Shown here one piece after another: positions 17,895 through 27,175 of a stretch of DNA of 64,000 nt (its first letter is position 1; each line of letters opens with the position of its first letter). The translations under genes and the position numbers were made by a program. Source of the stretch: Anaerolineae bacterium (GTDB lineage: Bacteria; Chloroflexota; Anaerolineae; Aggregatilineales; Phototrophicaceae); the NCBI GenBank assembly GCA_034437515.1, contig DAOTTX010000245.1, forward strand, positions 2,753 through 66,752, in the 5' to 3' direction. Below the pieces are notes generated by a model, which searched no databases, had not been told where the DNA came from, and was given only the letters and a program-made list of their open reading frames with translations.

Positions 17895-18382
17895 ACCTCC
17901 TCTTCGGGGATTTCCTCGAAGCGTAGAATCTTGAAACGGGCGATGCCGTCCGGTGTTTTGACTTCGACCTTATCGCCAACGCGCTTGCCGAGCAATGCCT
18001 TCCCCACCGGGGATTTGATCGACACACCCCGCCGCCCGTGTGCGATTTCCCAACCGCCGAGCAGATCGAGCGGCAGTTCTTCTTTTTCGTCCAGGTCACG
18101 CACCACGACCCGATCACCGGGGGAAGCGACGTCGGGGTCGGGGTCTTCATCGACCACTTCGGCTTGTGCGAGGATGGCCCGCAACCGTAAAATGCGCTCG
18201 TCGAGATGGTTCTTCTCTACCAGAATCTCGTAGAAAGCGCCGTCTTCGTCGAGGTCGCCGTCTTCGCGTGCTGCCGCCATTTTCTGTGCCATCTCGCCTT
18301 CGGCTTTGTCCTGTAGGTTATTCAGTTCGCGTTGTAATTTATTGTAACCGGCACGAGTCATGACATATTCGTCGTTGGTCAT
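17891..18382 (-). CDS. greA: transcription elongation factor GreA
   Basis: 163 aa. N-terminal coiled coil (TRAGYNKLQRELNNLQ..) and C-terminal GreA domain (SIKSPVGKALLGKRVGDKVEVKTPDG). Confidence 0.85.
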   Translation of the reverse strand: MTNDEYVMTRAGYNKLQRELNNLQDKAEGEMAQKMAAAREDGDLDEDGAFYEILVEKNHLDERILRLRAILAQAEVVDEDPDPDVASPGDRVVVRDLDEKEELPLDLLGGWEIAHGRRGVSIKSPVGKALLGKRVGDKVEVKTPDGIARFKILRFEEIPEEEV

Positions 18383-18487
18383 GGCTTCTCCTTCACGTAT
18401 GTAATAGATCCGACAGTATGCCGATAAAGTATCACAAATTCATCAGAAAGATATAAGCACGTGTTATGTATTGATGAAATCTAAGAC

Positions 18488-18526
18488 ATAAAAATAAAAA
18501 GATGCAGCCTGAGTGACTGCATCTTT
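18488..18526 (-). terminator. intrinsic terminator of the LPF-repeat lipoprotein gene
   Basis: 9-bp stem aagatgcag/ctgcatctt (18499-18526), followed on the minus strand by TTTTTATTTT. Confidence 0.7.
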
Positions 18527-18549
18527 GCGATGTCATTTGCTATCGTGGT

Positions 18550-19737
18550 CTAGAAGCCTTCAGGGATCGTCACCGTCGGCTGCGTCGGGATCTGGTTATC
18601 ATCGGTGTACCAGGTCGGCAGACTAAGTTGGCTATTTGCTGGCGGGTTATTCGTGCCGGGTGGGGCATTGTTATCCCCTGGGCCACTGTTGCAATCCGGC
18701 AAGAACGGGGGACAGTTGGTACTGCCGTCGTCGCCGGGCGGGGAGCTGGTGTCAAACGGTGGGCCACCGCCGCCATTGTCCATAGGCGGGCTGTTGCTAT
18801 CGCCAAACGGCGATGCATCCGCGACCCGTTGCCCATCGTTTTCAACCTGTTCAGTGCCGACAAAATCCGCGAAGACGTAAGCCGTGCTGCCCTGGTAGCG
18901 GATGCTAGTCCATTGACCGCTGTTGCCTTCGACTTCGATCTCGGTGCCGGGTTCGATCTGACCGAGAATGTCACAGGTTGTCTCCGCACAGGAGAACACG
19001 CTCACCGGTTGACGACCGCCGATCACACTGACCGTGCTGGTGAAGCTACCGCCACCAAAGGGGGAGCCACCGCCGCTGTTATTTCCGAAAGGCAGGCCGC
19101 CGCCATCATTGCCGGGGGCGCTACCGCCGCTAAAGGGATTGCTGTTGTTGTTTACATCGAACGGCAAATCGCTATTAGGGCCGCTGTCGCTGCCACCGGA
19201 CGAACTGCCATCACCGAACGGTAAGCTGCTATCAGCTTCGGGGCTGCTGTTATTTGTATCAAAAGGAAGATCGCTGTTTGGGCTGCTGGCATCAGGATCT
19301 TCTTCGGCAGGGGCACCGGCGAAACCGGGGGGGGCATCTTCACCGGCGCTGTCGTTCCCTACCGGGTTAAATGGCAGCGAGCCATCAATGTCGGTATTAG
19401 CCTCAGCTTGCTCGAAGTTCGGGGCACTGGGGGCTTCCGCAATCGTGAACGGCATACTGTTTTCTGGCGCGCTGTTTTCTGGCGCGGTATCTGCTACCTC
19501 ACCGGGGTTGTTGTCGTTATTGGGTTGGGATGCTGCGGGTCTCGAACGCGGCGCAAGCGTTGGGATGCTGGCGCTGGTTTGCGGTGCGAGAGCAGCATTG
19601 TTGTTCGCACGCGCACGCAAAGTCGGAACTTCACGCGGTTCTTCGACCTGACTTGCCTCACCACCGCACGCCGCGATCACACAGGCGATCAGCAGCAAAA
19701 TGATTGCGGTGTTTATTCGTGATGATTTGTGTGGCAT
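18550..19737 (-). CDS. lipoprotein with low-complexity (S/D)LPF repeats and a C-terminal SH3b domain
   Basis: Lipobox MPHKSSRINTAIILLLIACVIAAC. Six or more LPF/PF motifs. SH3b-like VSVFSCAETTCDILGQIEPGTEIEVEGNSGQWTSIRYQGSTAYVFADFV. Confidence 0.65.
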   Translation of the reverse strand: MPHKSSRINTAIILLLIACVIAACGGEASQVEEPREVPTLRARANNNAALAPQTSASIPTLAPRSRPAASQPNNDNNPGEVADTAPENSAPENSMPFTIAEAPSAPNFEQAEANTDIDGSLPFNPVGNDSAGEDAPPGFAGAPAEEDPDASSPNSDLPFDTNNSSPEADSSLPFGDGSSSGGSDSGPNSDLPFDVNNNSNPFSGGSAPGNDGGGLPFGNNSGGGSPFGGGSFTSTVSVIGGRQPVSVFSCAETTCDILGQIEPGTEIEVEGNSGQWTSIRYQGSTAYVFADFVGTEQVENDGQRVADASPFGDSNSPPMDNGGGGPPFDTSSPPGDDGSTNCPPFLPDCNSGPGDNNAPPGTNNPPANSQLSLPTWYTDDNQIPTQPTVTIPEGF

Positions 19738-20011
19738 GTATATCCCTAGTCGTCTCGTGAACATCTTGCTTAGAAATATCGTAACATCATTCCGAAGCCG
19801 GAATATAGTACGAATCTCACAATTAACCCTTATTTTACAACTGTATAGATAACTGTGGGGAAAAATTCACAACTTTTTAGAATTCATTACATCAAACCAC
19901 CGCCGTTTCCGTGTATAATTTAAGAAATTGTTAAATACAGTTTAAATAAGTGACGAATTACTTAACATTGTGCCGAATTTCACAGGCATGAGATAGAGAG
20001 GATGACAACCT

Positions 20012-20452
20012 ATGAACGCAAAGAATACCCATCAAATTATGAGGATTGCGACGCATTTGCTGGAAATGACCGCGACATTTCAATCTGCTTATGGCAAGGG
20101 CTACCGCGTCGGCCCTGGCGATGCGAAAGACACCTGGGCGTTATATTACGACATCTGTAAGGCACAGACCGCTATCGCACGGCTGCTGGACCCACAGGTG
20201 TTAGAGGAACCCCATTCCTTGTACGGTGCCTGGTGGGAAAAGTCCGACGTCCCCGCGCTTCACCTGACTCATGCGCTGGTGGGGCAAGCCGGGCATTTGA
20301 TCGCCGCTTGTGCTTATGCTGATGCACAGTCACCCGCCACCGGGAAGCACCCCCACGCGCTACTGGCGACCCAACGGGTGATCGCCGGGATGCTGCAACC
20401 GGCCGCTCTGCTGCTGGCACAGGACGGGTTGGTCGAGCAGAATGCGAGTTAG
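20012..20452 (+). CDS. hypothetical all-helical 146-aa protein
   Basis: ORF with GAGAGG RBS. A perfect TATAAT lies at 19914-19919 upstream and a clean terminator lies downstream. No family recognised. Confidence 0.5.
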   Translation: MNAKNTHQIMRIATHLLEMTATFQSAYGKGYRVGPGDAKDTWALYYDICKAQTAIARLLDPQVLEEPHSLYGAWWEKSDVPALHLTHALVGQAGHLIAACAYADAQSPATGKHPHALLATQRVIAGMLQPAALLLAQDGLVEQNAS

Positions 20453-20473
20453 CCGCTTGCGTGTAACGGCATA

Positions 20474-20503
20474 ACGGGTCATCGTGACGGGTGACCCGTT
20501 TTT
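20474..20503 (+). terminator. intrinsic terminator
   Basis: Stem acgggtca/tgacccgt with a 10-nt loop, followed by TTTTT. Confidence 0.7.
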
Positions 20504-20522
20504 GATTCTGCGACATTGAAGC

Positions 20523-22079
20523 ATGGCTAACGTTATTGCAAATGATGGGCAAGCGTTCTTGTGGAGAGATATGGCAGCAACACAGGCAACAGAAGAAGTG
20601 GCTACGACGTATACCGCGTTCGCGCCGTTAGTGCTGGTCTTTCTGGGCGGCGTCAATCTGGTGTTGACCCAGTGGATACTGGTCAGAGAATTGACCACAA
20701 TGCTGCTGGGCAGCGAGTTGGTCATCCTGTTGGTGACGGTGGTCTATTTCGCCGGGCTTTCCATCGGATATAGCGTCTCCGGGTTTGTGCGGCATGGTTG
20801 GTTGCTGCCGCTGGGCGTGGTCGCGCTACTGCTGAATTTGACGCTCCCGGTGTGGCTGCGGCTGGCGGTCGCCGGGCTTGACGCGCTGGACGCCTACGGA
20901 CTGGCTTTTTTTGTGTTACCGGTGGCGGTGCCTTTTGTCGTCTCCGCGTTTTTCAGCATTTTTTTACCCCTGCTCGCGGATACAGGCGCGGCGCGGCTTT
21001 CCACATTGTATGCCGTCGAAGTCACCGGATCGGTCGTCGGCGTGCTGGTGCTGGTGGTCTTCGGGATGATCGGCTTGACGGCGGTGCTGGCGGTGTTTGC
21101 GGTGGTTCTGCTGGGGCTTTTGTGGACGTTGGGACTGCGGCGGGATGTGTTTGGGGTGTTGGTCGCGGTGGCGGTCGGCTGGTTGGTCGCGTTCCCGGTA
21201 GTGAACGACTGGAGCAACGCGGTATGGTTCCGGCAAATCCAACGGTTGCCCGCCGGGACGACCACCCTCTTCACCGGGTACAGCCCTTACCAGAAGGTCG
21301 ATGTGCTGGAAGCACCGGACGGCAATCGCTATCTTTTTCTGGATGGTCTGGAACACTTCGGCTCTTACGGCGGTCGCTGGCTCAACATTATGATGGGACG
21401 CATCCCTGCCTCGTTGATTCAACCGGAAAACGCGCTGGTGCTGGGTGCCGGCTCCATGCAGATGGAATTGATGATCGCCAATTATGCCGAGCATGTGACC
21501 ACCGTCGAGCTTGACCCGATGGTCGCCGAGGCCAGCCTGGAATACCTCACGGCGTACAATTTTATGGATCGGTTGGAAAACCGCACGATCATCATCGACG
21601 ATGCCAAACATCACATCGCCACGACGGACGCGACCTATGATCTGATCGCCACCGATTTACCGGGTGCGTTTATGATCCAGACCGGGGCGTTGTATACCGT
21701 ACCGGTTTACGAGAACATCACCGAACGGCTGAGGCCGGGTGGGGTTTTCGTGGTCAACCTCACCGGGGATTTTGAACCGGATGCTGTCGTGTCACGACGA
21801 ATCGCCGCCTCGCTGCTGGCTGTTTTCGATGAGGTGATGGTGGTGACGTCGCGCTCGGCGGGTTGGAGCTTCGCTTACGCCGGGGACGACCTGCCTTTCA
21901 CCACAGACGAGGTACGGCGGGCGATTGAGGTCGCCGGAGAAACGCAGTTCGGCATCTTTGAAACGGACGCCGTGCGTGCCATCGTCGGGGATGCGCAGCC
22001 GATCACACCGGATTCGCTCGATCTGGTGTTATATTCAAGTTGGGATCGCGTCTCGGATCGTATTGGAGTAGATGATTAA
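20523..22079 (+). CDS. membrane-fused spermidine/spermine synthase-like aminopropyltransferase
   Basis: About 230-aa polytopic N-terminus followed by a SpeE-like core: YQKVDVLE..RYLFLDG, VLGAGSMQ, VELDPMV, IIIDDAKHHI, YDLIATDLPG. Confidence 0.7.
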   Translation: MANVIANDGQAFLWRDMAATQATEEVATTYTAFAPLVLVFLGGVNLVLTQWILVRELTTMLLGSELVILLVTVVYFAGLSIGYSVSGFVRHGWLLPLGVVALLLNLTLPVWLRLAVAGLDALDAYGLAFFVLPVAVPFVVSAFFSIFLPLLADTGAARLSTLYAVEVTGSVVGVLVLVVFGMIGLTAVLAVFAVVLLGLLWTLGLRRDVFGVLVAVAVGWLVAFPVVNDWSNAVWFRQIQRLPAGTTTLFTGYSPYQKVDVLEAPDGNRYLFLDGLEHFGSYGGRWLNIMMGRIPASLIQPENALVLGAGSMQMELMIANYAEHVTTVELDPMVAEASLEYLTAYNFMDRLENRTIIIDDAKHHIATTDATYDLIATDLPGAFMIQTGALYTVPVYENITERLRPGGVFVVNLTGDFEPDAVVSRRIAASLLAVFDEVMVVTSRSAGWSFAYAGDDLPFTTDEVRRAIEVAGETQFGIFETDAVRAIVGDAQPITPDSLDLVLYSSWDRVSDRIGVDD

Positions 22080-22606
22080 TGTGGGAACGTCGATCATTTC
22101 CGTTCATCGTCGGTTTGCTGCTGGGCTGGATACAAACCGGTCTGTTCTTCCAATTTTCGTTTCTGCTGTCGTCCGGTTTTGGGACGTACCTGCTCATCAC
22201 CATTAGTTGGTTAGTCGGCAGCGCGTTCGGCGCGGCCTTTGCCGACCGGCTGACCTTCCCATTGCAGCGTTTCCTGCTGTTGATGCTTGCCGCTTATGGC
22301 GGTGCCGGATTGCTGGTGGTGCTGCTGCCCTTCCAGATGACGTTCTGGCCGTTGTATATGATCGTCATCGCGCTGATCGGCATTTACCCCGGCATTTTCT
22401 TCGCCCGGATGGGCACGGCGTACCCGGCACGGGCGCTGTTCCTGCTGGAAAACAACGGCTTCATCACAGGTGTGGTGGTGTGTACCCTGCTTTTCATGGT
22501 TACCGGGCGGGTGGTCTTGTGGGCGGTGCCGGTGCTGCTGGTGGCGGTGCTGTGGGTTCAAACCGGGCGCTTACTCTCGGCAAATACCACGCAGACCGAC
22601 TCATGA
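22079..22606 (+). CDS. small polytopic membrane protein (5 predicted TM)
   Basis: TAATG 1-nt stop/start overlap with the upstream gene. Hydrophobic throughout. Confidence 0.55.
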   Translation: MWERRSFPFIVGLLLGWIQTGLFFQFSFLLSSGFGTYLLITISWLVGSAFGAAFADRLTFPLQRFLLLMLAAYGGAGLLVVLLPFQMTFWPLYMIVIALIGIYPGIFFARMGTAYPARALFLLENNGFITGVVVCTLLFMVTGRVVLWAVPVLLVAVLWVQTGRLLSANTTQTDS

Positions 22607-22716
22607 CGCCTGGCCTACGCTTGCCCACTTCCCCCCATTTCTAGGGGGGCGAGATGACCTCCCGGTGCGGTACAATATAAAGTATAAGAGCAACCCTGTT
22701 AGGCAAAGGAGTCCCC

Positions 22717-23565
22717 ATGTTACGTAGAGGTTTATTGTTTATATTGATGCTGCTGTTGAGCCTGTCATTTGCCGGGATCGTCGCGGCACAGGACGAGGAA
22801 GAAGACCCGAACGTCTTCGCCCCGCCGGTACTCACCAGCGGTGAACAGTTTGTCGATTCGGTTGAGAGTATCGCCCAACCGAAATTATATACGTTCCTCG
22901 GTAGCGCAGGGGATACGGTCACGATCACCATGCAGCAAGAAGAAGGCTCCATGTTAGACCCCTACCTCGTGCTGCTGGGCAATGCCGGTGAGGTCTACGC
23001 GAACGACGACGACTCCGGGTCGGTGTCACTTTCCGCGCAGATCAGCGAGTTTGAACTGCCTTTCGACGGTGCGTATTTCGTGCTGGTGACCACCTACAAC
23101 GATCTGATTCAAGGCGGTCTGCCAATCGACGCGCAACAAAACGACGAGCCGTTGCTTTACACGATCAGCCTGGAAGGGGCGACACCTCCCGATGGATTTG
23201 ACACGGAAGAACTGGATTACTTCGCGGTCGAGGTCGGCCTGGATGACGCGGTACTGCTCGAAGTTACACCGGATGAGGCGGTCTACTACGTGAACTTCCT
23301 CGGCAACGCGGATGAAGTCATCAACGTGGTCACCGAAAACAACGGCGATGACTTTGTGACGACACTGCTCTATGTGTTCGACCGATCCGGTGAGCGCATC
23401 GCCGCCGCCAGTGGCGACAACGACGACGATTTCTACGCCGTGATCGAAGGACTCGAACTGCCGGAAGACGGCATTTACTTTATCTTCGCCACCGCCCGTG
23501 ATTTCTTCCAATCCACCAACCAGAGTTGGAGCGGCGACGGCGAGTTCATCTTCGTAATTGAGTAG
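22717..23565 (+). CDS. secreted protein with two PPC-like repeats
   Basis: Signal peptide MLRRGLLFILMLLLSLSFAGIVAAQ and AAGGAG RBS. Repeat example: LYTFLGSAGDTVTITMQ..LDPYLVLLGNAGEVYANDDD..FELPFDGAYFVLVTTY. Confidence 0.7.
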   Translation: MLRRGLLFILMLLLSLSFAGIVAAQDEEEDPNVFAPPVLTSGEQFVDSVESIAQPKLYTFLGSAGDTVTITMQQEEGSMLDPYLVLLGNAGEVYANDDDSGSVSLSAQISEFELPFDGAYFVLVTTYNDLIQGGLPIDAQQNDEPLLYTISLEGATPPDGFDTEELDYFAVEVGLDDAVLLEVTPDEAVYYVNFLGNADEVINVVTENNGDDFVTTLLYVFDRSGERIAAASGDNDDDFYAVIEGLELPEDGIYFIFATARDFFQSTNQSWSGDGEFIFVIE

Positions 23566-23585
23566 TTTTACACCCGCAAATTTCT

Positions 23586-23626
23586 ACCGCCAGGACGCCA
23601 AGAGTTCAGCTTGGCGTCCTGGCGGT
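23586..23626. other. perfect 17-bp GC-rich hairpin without a U-tract
   Basis: accgccaggacgccaag / cttggcgtcctggcggt with a 7-nt loop, lying between the PPC gene and the methyltransferase gene. Confidence 0.5.
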
Positions 23627-23653
23627 TACCCCGGATAGAAAAGTATATGAATT

Positions 23654-24271
23654 ATGATTACCACCAATAAAACCAAACACAGTTCCGCGAACCCGATCAT
23701 GCGTTATGCCATCGGCAACCTGCACCGCACCGTGCGCGATCTGCTGCCGGTGACCGCGACTGAGGTGCTCGAGGTCGGCGTGGGCGAGGGCTTTTCCGCA
23801 CAGGATGTGCTCGGCGACCGCGCCGAACTACGTAGCTACGGCGGTGACCTGCACATACCGTCCGTTGATGAGGCGGCGAGCCGCTACACACCGATGCACT
23901 ACAGCGTGTTCGACGCCAAACATCTGCCGCTTCCGTCGAACAGCGTCGATCTGATTTACTCACTCGAAGTGTTGGAGCACATCCCGCAACCAGCGGAAGC
24001 CGTGCGCGAGTTCATGCGTGTGGCGCGGTCGAACCTGCTCATCAGCGTGCCTAACGAGCCGGTCTTTCGCATCCAACGGATGATGCAAGGCAAAGGGTTA
24101 AGTGCGTGGGGTGATCATCCCGAGCACGTCAATCACTGGTCATTGGGCGGGATGCAGCGGTTTCTACAGTCGCAAGGGTTGCGTGTGATCGCGGCGACGT
24201 CTCCTCCGCCGTTTGCCTGGAGTGTGATTTTATGCGAAGTGCCCCACGCCGAGAGGGCGGCGCGGGGCTGA
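23654..24271 (+). CDS. class I SAM-dependent methyltransferase
   Basis: Motif I VLEVGVGEGF and Methyltransf_11-like DLIYSLEVLEHIP. Confidence 0.75.
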   Translation: MITTNKTKHSSANPIMRYAIGNLHRTVRDLLPVTATEVLEVGVGEGFSAQDVLGDRAELRSYGGDLHIPSVDEAASRYTPMHYSVFDAKHLPLPSNSVDLIYSLEVLEHIPQPAEAVREFMRVARSNLLISVPNEPVFRIQRMMQGKGLSAWGDHPEHVNHWSLGGMQRFLQSQGLRVIAATSPPPFAWSVILCEVPHAERAARG

Positions 24272-24277
24272 TAGGTG

Positions 24278-25426
24278 TTACTCGTCGTCCGCGTCGGTGT
24301 CCATCTCCGGTTCGGCGGTGGCTTCGGTGGCTTCTTCCATGCTCATCTCCGCGCCTTCGACCAGTTCCGGTTCTTCGCAGTCGTCGCAGGCCAGCGTTTC
24401 GACTTCCTCACCCGCTTCGAGATCGGCGACCCATTCAGTGAACGGCACCCCATCAACCGCGTAGACGTAGAACTCCGGCAGCGTCAAAATGGTATGCACG
24501 TCCCCACCAGCGGTGTAGTAGGCGAAGTCCTCAACGGCGGCTTCGATGTCGGCGAAGTTCGCAGAGAGCAGGCCGGGCAGGTCGGCATCCGGTATACCGG
24601 TCAGCGCGAGGAAGTCCAACTGTACCTCGTCGTTGGCGGTGTTGTACTGCGTCATGCTGATGTCGGGGTATTCCTCACCGACCTCGATGTAAAATGCCTC
24701 GAAGTCGAGTGTTTCCAGCGTGTAATCGGCATATAGGTCAGAAGTGATGTCCAGCGTGTTCCAGGCACCGAAGATCACCGGTGCGGCTTCCGGTGTACGG
24801 TAGCCACCCGCGCCATCGCCCAGCACTTCGATGCGGGCTTCGGGGTAGGCTTCCGCGACGTACTCGGCATAGAACGGCGACGGGATGGCCCCCGCGCTGC
24901 TGCCCGCGACAAAGACCGTTTCCGGTGATTCGTAGTTGGCGAACGTCCAATCTAACACGGCGGAGACGTTGTTGAAGCCGTTATGTTGGATGGTCACTTC
25001 ACCCGCGCTGGATTCATACGTCGTGCTACTGTTGCCGATGTGGACATCCGCCGTACAGTAGGGGATAAACACCATGCTATAGTCCATGAAAGGGTTGGCC
25101 TCGTTGGTGAAGTCGAAGATGCCCGATGCGTTGGCGGGGTTGTCACTTTCATCTACAAACGGGTCGTAGGTCGGGTTGACGCTGAGATCACAAATATCCC
25201 CGAACCAGCACGCGCCCCCCCCCTGTAAGTAGACCATCAGGTTTTCTCTCTCGTTGGGATACACGAAGAACGAGAACGGCGTATCGTTAGAGCAGACGGT
25301 GTCCCCACCCGGCGCTAACATGTGCCATTCGCCCGCTTCAAGGTCATCGACAGTAGGCAGTTCTTCCTGTGCGGAAAGCGCAAAGGTGAGCACAAAAACC
25401 AGCAAAATTGGAACTAATCTTTTCAT
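24278..25426 (-). CDS. secreted pectin-acetylesterase/Notum-like esterase
   Basis: Signal peptide. YLQGGGACWFGDIC and FVAGSSAGA motifs are as I recall for the PAE family. Acidic C-terminal tail. Confidence 0.55.
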   Translation of the reverse strand: MKRLVPILLVFVLTFALSAQEELPTVDDLEAGEWHMLAPGGDTVCSNDTPFSFFVYPNERENLMVYLQGGGACWFGDICDLSVNPTYDPFVDESDNPANASGIFDFTNEANPFMDYSMVFIPYCTADVHIGNSSTTYESSAGEVTIQHNGFNNVSAVLDWTFANYESPETVFVAGSSAGAIPSPFYAEYVAEAYPEARIEVLGDGAGGYRTPEAAPVIFGAWNTLDITSDLYADYTLETLDFEAFYIEVGEEYPDISMTQYNTANDEVQLDFLALTGIPDADLPGLLSANFADIEAAVEDFAYYTAGGDVHTILTLPEFYVYAVDGVPFTEWVADLEAGEEVETLACDDCEEPELVEGAEMSMEEATEATAEPEMDTDADDE

Positions 25427-25504
25427 GATCTTTCTCTTTAATTAAGTAACCAAAAATTTTGAACTTGCGACACCTATCATAGCACGTCTCGCTGATGTAT
25501 GCAC

Positions 25505-27025
25505 TTATTCCCGCACCGTCTCGACCTCGGTCGTCGTGTTATAGTCCAGCGGTGAATCGCTCATCTCCTGCCCGGCTTGCAAGGCGGCTTGTAGATCATC
25601 GGCAAGGCGGTTGAGGTTGTTGGACACGGTGCTGACCATGCGTGTGTTGGTTAGACTCTGCTGCGTGATGCGCTCCACCCGGTCGATATGTATGGCGATC
25701 TCCTCTAAGCCGTCGGCCTGCTGGCGGATGACCTGGTAGATCGAGCGTACCGCTTCGTTGGTCGTGCTGACATTTTGCGCGAGTTGCCGCATGATTTGAT
25801 CCGCGCTGCGGGTGACGGTAACGCCGACATCAACGTCATTTTGTCCGGCTTCGGTCGCGGAGATCGTCTCCTTAACCGCACTCTGAATCTCCGCGAGGAT
25901 GCCGCGCACCTGCCCCGCCGCTGTGGTCGATTGTTGCGCCAATGACCGCACCTCATCCGCGACGACGGCGAAGCCCCGCCCATGCACACCGGCGCGTGCC
26001 GCCTCGATGGACGCATTCAACGCCAGCAGGTTGGATTGCGTGGCAATCTCACTGACGGATGTGATGATCTCATCAATGCGGCGGGTGAGCTGCGCCAACT
26101 TGACGATGGTGCCGCCGATGGTCTGCACCTGCTCGCGGATTTGCTCCATACCGGTGATGGCCTGCTCGATGGCCTGTTTGCCCTGCTGCGAGATCTCGTC
26201 ACTCTCCTGTGCGGTCTTGCTGATCTCGCGGGTGTTCTCGGTAATGCGCTCGGTCTGCACGAGGAAGTCATCCATCATGTGATTGGTCATCTGGATGACT
26301 TCGGCCTGTTCTTCCGCGCCGCTTGTCTGCTGCCCGGCGACCTCCTGCACAGCCTGTGCGGAACGCACCAGCCCATCGACCGTCACATGAATACGCATGG
26401 AGAGGTCAAGCAGTTCGGACGACCCCAGAATCGGGATGCGCATGTCCTGTGTTTCGGTGAAGCGCGGTTCCTCCGCTTCGGCGGGTCCCAGTGCTGGGCG
26501 CAGCCGCCCGGCGAGGAACGTCGCCTGCCCGATGCCGAACATGCCCAACCCGAATAGAACCGTCTGGGCGTTTTCCGCCACCATGCCACTGATGACCGCC
26601 CCCGCCGTCGCGCAAATCCCGATGATGGCGGCGTAGGTAAAACGAGCGTCGGCGCTGGTCGGCTGACCGATCAAGCCGGGTGCGGCTGGCACCAGCGAAA
26701 GGCCGATCAGCGTGAGCCACAACGTCCATGCGCCGGCATCCGGCAGCACCAATAAACCGAAGCCCGCTACCATCCCCCCGGCGAGGTGGGCCAACCGGCG
26801 CAGCATCCCACGCGGCAGCGGTACGACCTGTGTCGCGGCGATGCCGACCGCCCCCATCGACAGATACATCCCGGCGACAAACACCACCGCGCCCGGTGAA
26901 TCCTCGGTGATGAGATGGACGATAAGCATCAATAAGCCGGTCAACAGGGTGACGACGGCGGTCAGCGAAAATTGTTGGAAGAACTGCACACTTAGAAGAC
27001 GGAGACGAGTTCGCATGGCATCCAC
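25505..27025 (-). CDS. methyl-accepting chemotaxis-type signalling protein
   Basis: Conserved hairpin tip IATQSNLLALNASIEAARAGVHGRGFAVVADEVRSLAQQS. Polytopic N-terminal region of about 180 aa. Confidence 0.85.
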   Translation of the reverse strand: MDAMRTRLRLLSVQFFQQFSLTAVVTLLTGLLMLIVHLITEDSPGAVVFVAGMYLSMGAVGIAATQVVPLPRGMLRRLAHLAGGMVAGFGLLVLPDAGAWTLWLTLIGLSLVPAAPGLIGQPTSADARFTYAAIIGICATAGAVISGMVAENAQTVLFGLGMFGIGQATFLAGRLRPALGPAEAEEPRFTETQDMRIPILGSSELLDLSMRIHVTVDGLVRSAQAVQEVAGQQTSGAEEQAEVIQMTNHMMDDFLVQTERITENTREISKTAQESDEISQQGKQAIEQAITGMEQIREQVQTIGGTIVKLAQLTRRIDEIITSVSEIATQSNLLALNASIEAARAGVHGRGFAVVADEVRSLAQQSTTAAGQVRGILAEIQSAVKETISATEAGQNDVDVGVTVTRSADQIMRQLAQNVSTTNEAVRSIYQVIRQQADGLEEIAIHIDRVERITQQSLTNTRMVSTVSNNLNRLADDLQAALQAGQEMSDSPLDYNTTTEVETVRE

Positions 27026-27175
27026 TTGATCTATTCGAAAGACTCTCTCAATATTGTACTCGAAGGGGCGGCGGCGGGGCGAGTTGGGGTATTATAACAA
27101 TCTCTAGCAAGGATGTTCAGCAAACCGGGTTAAACTAGGTAGCAGGTCTTTAGATGCCTTCGGAAGGGATAGTTA

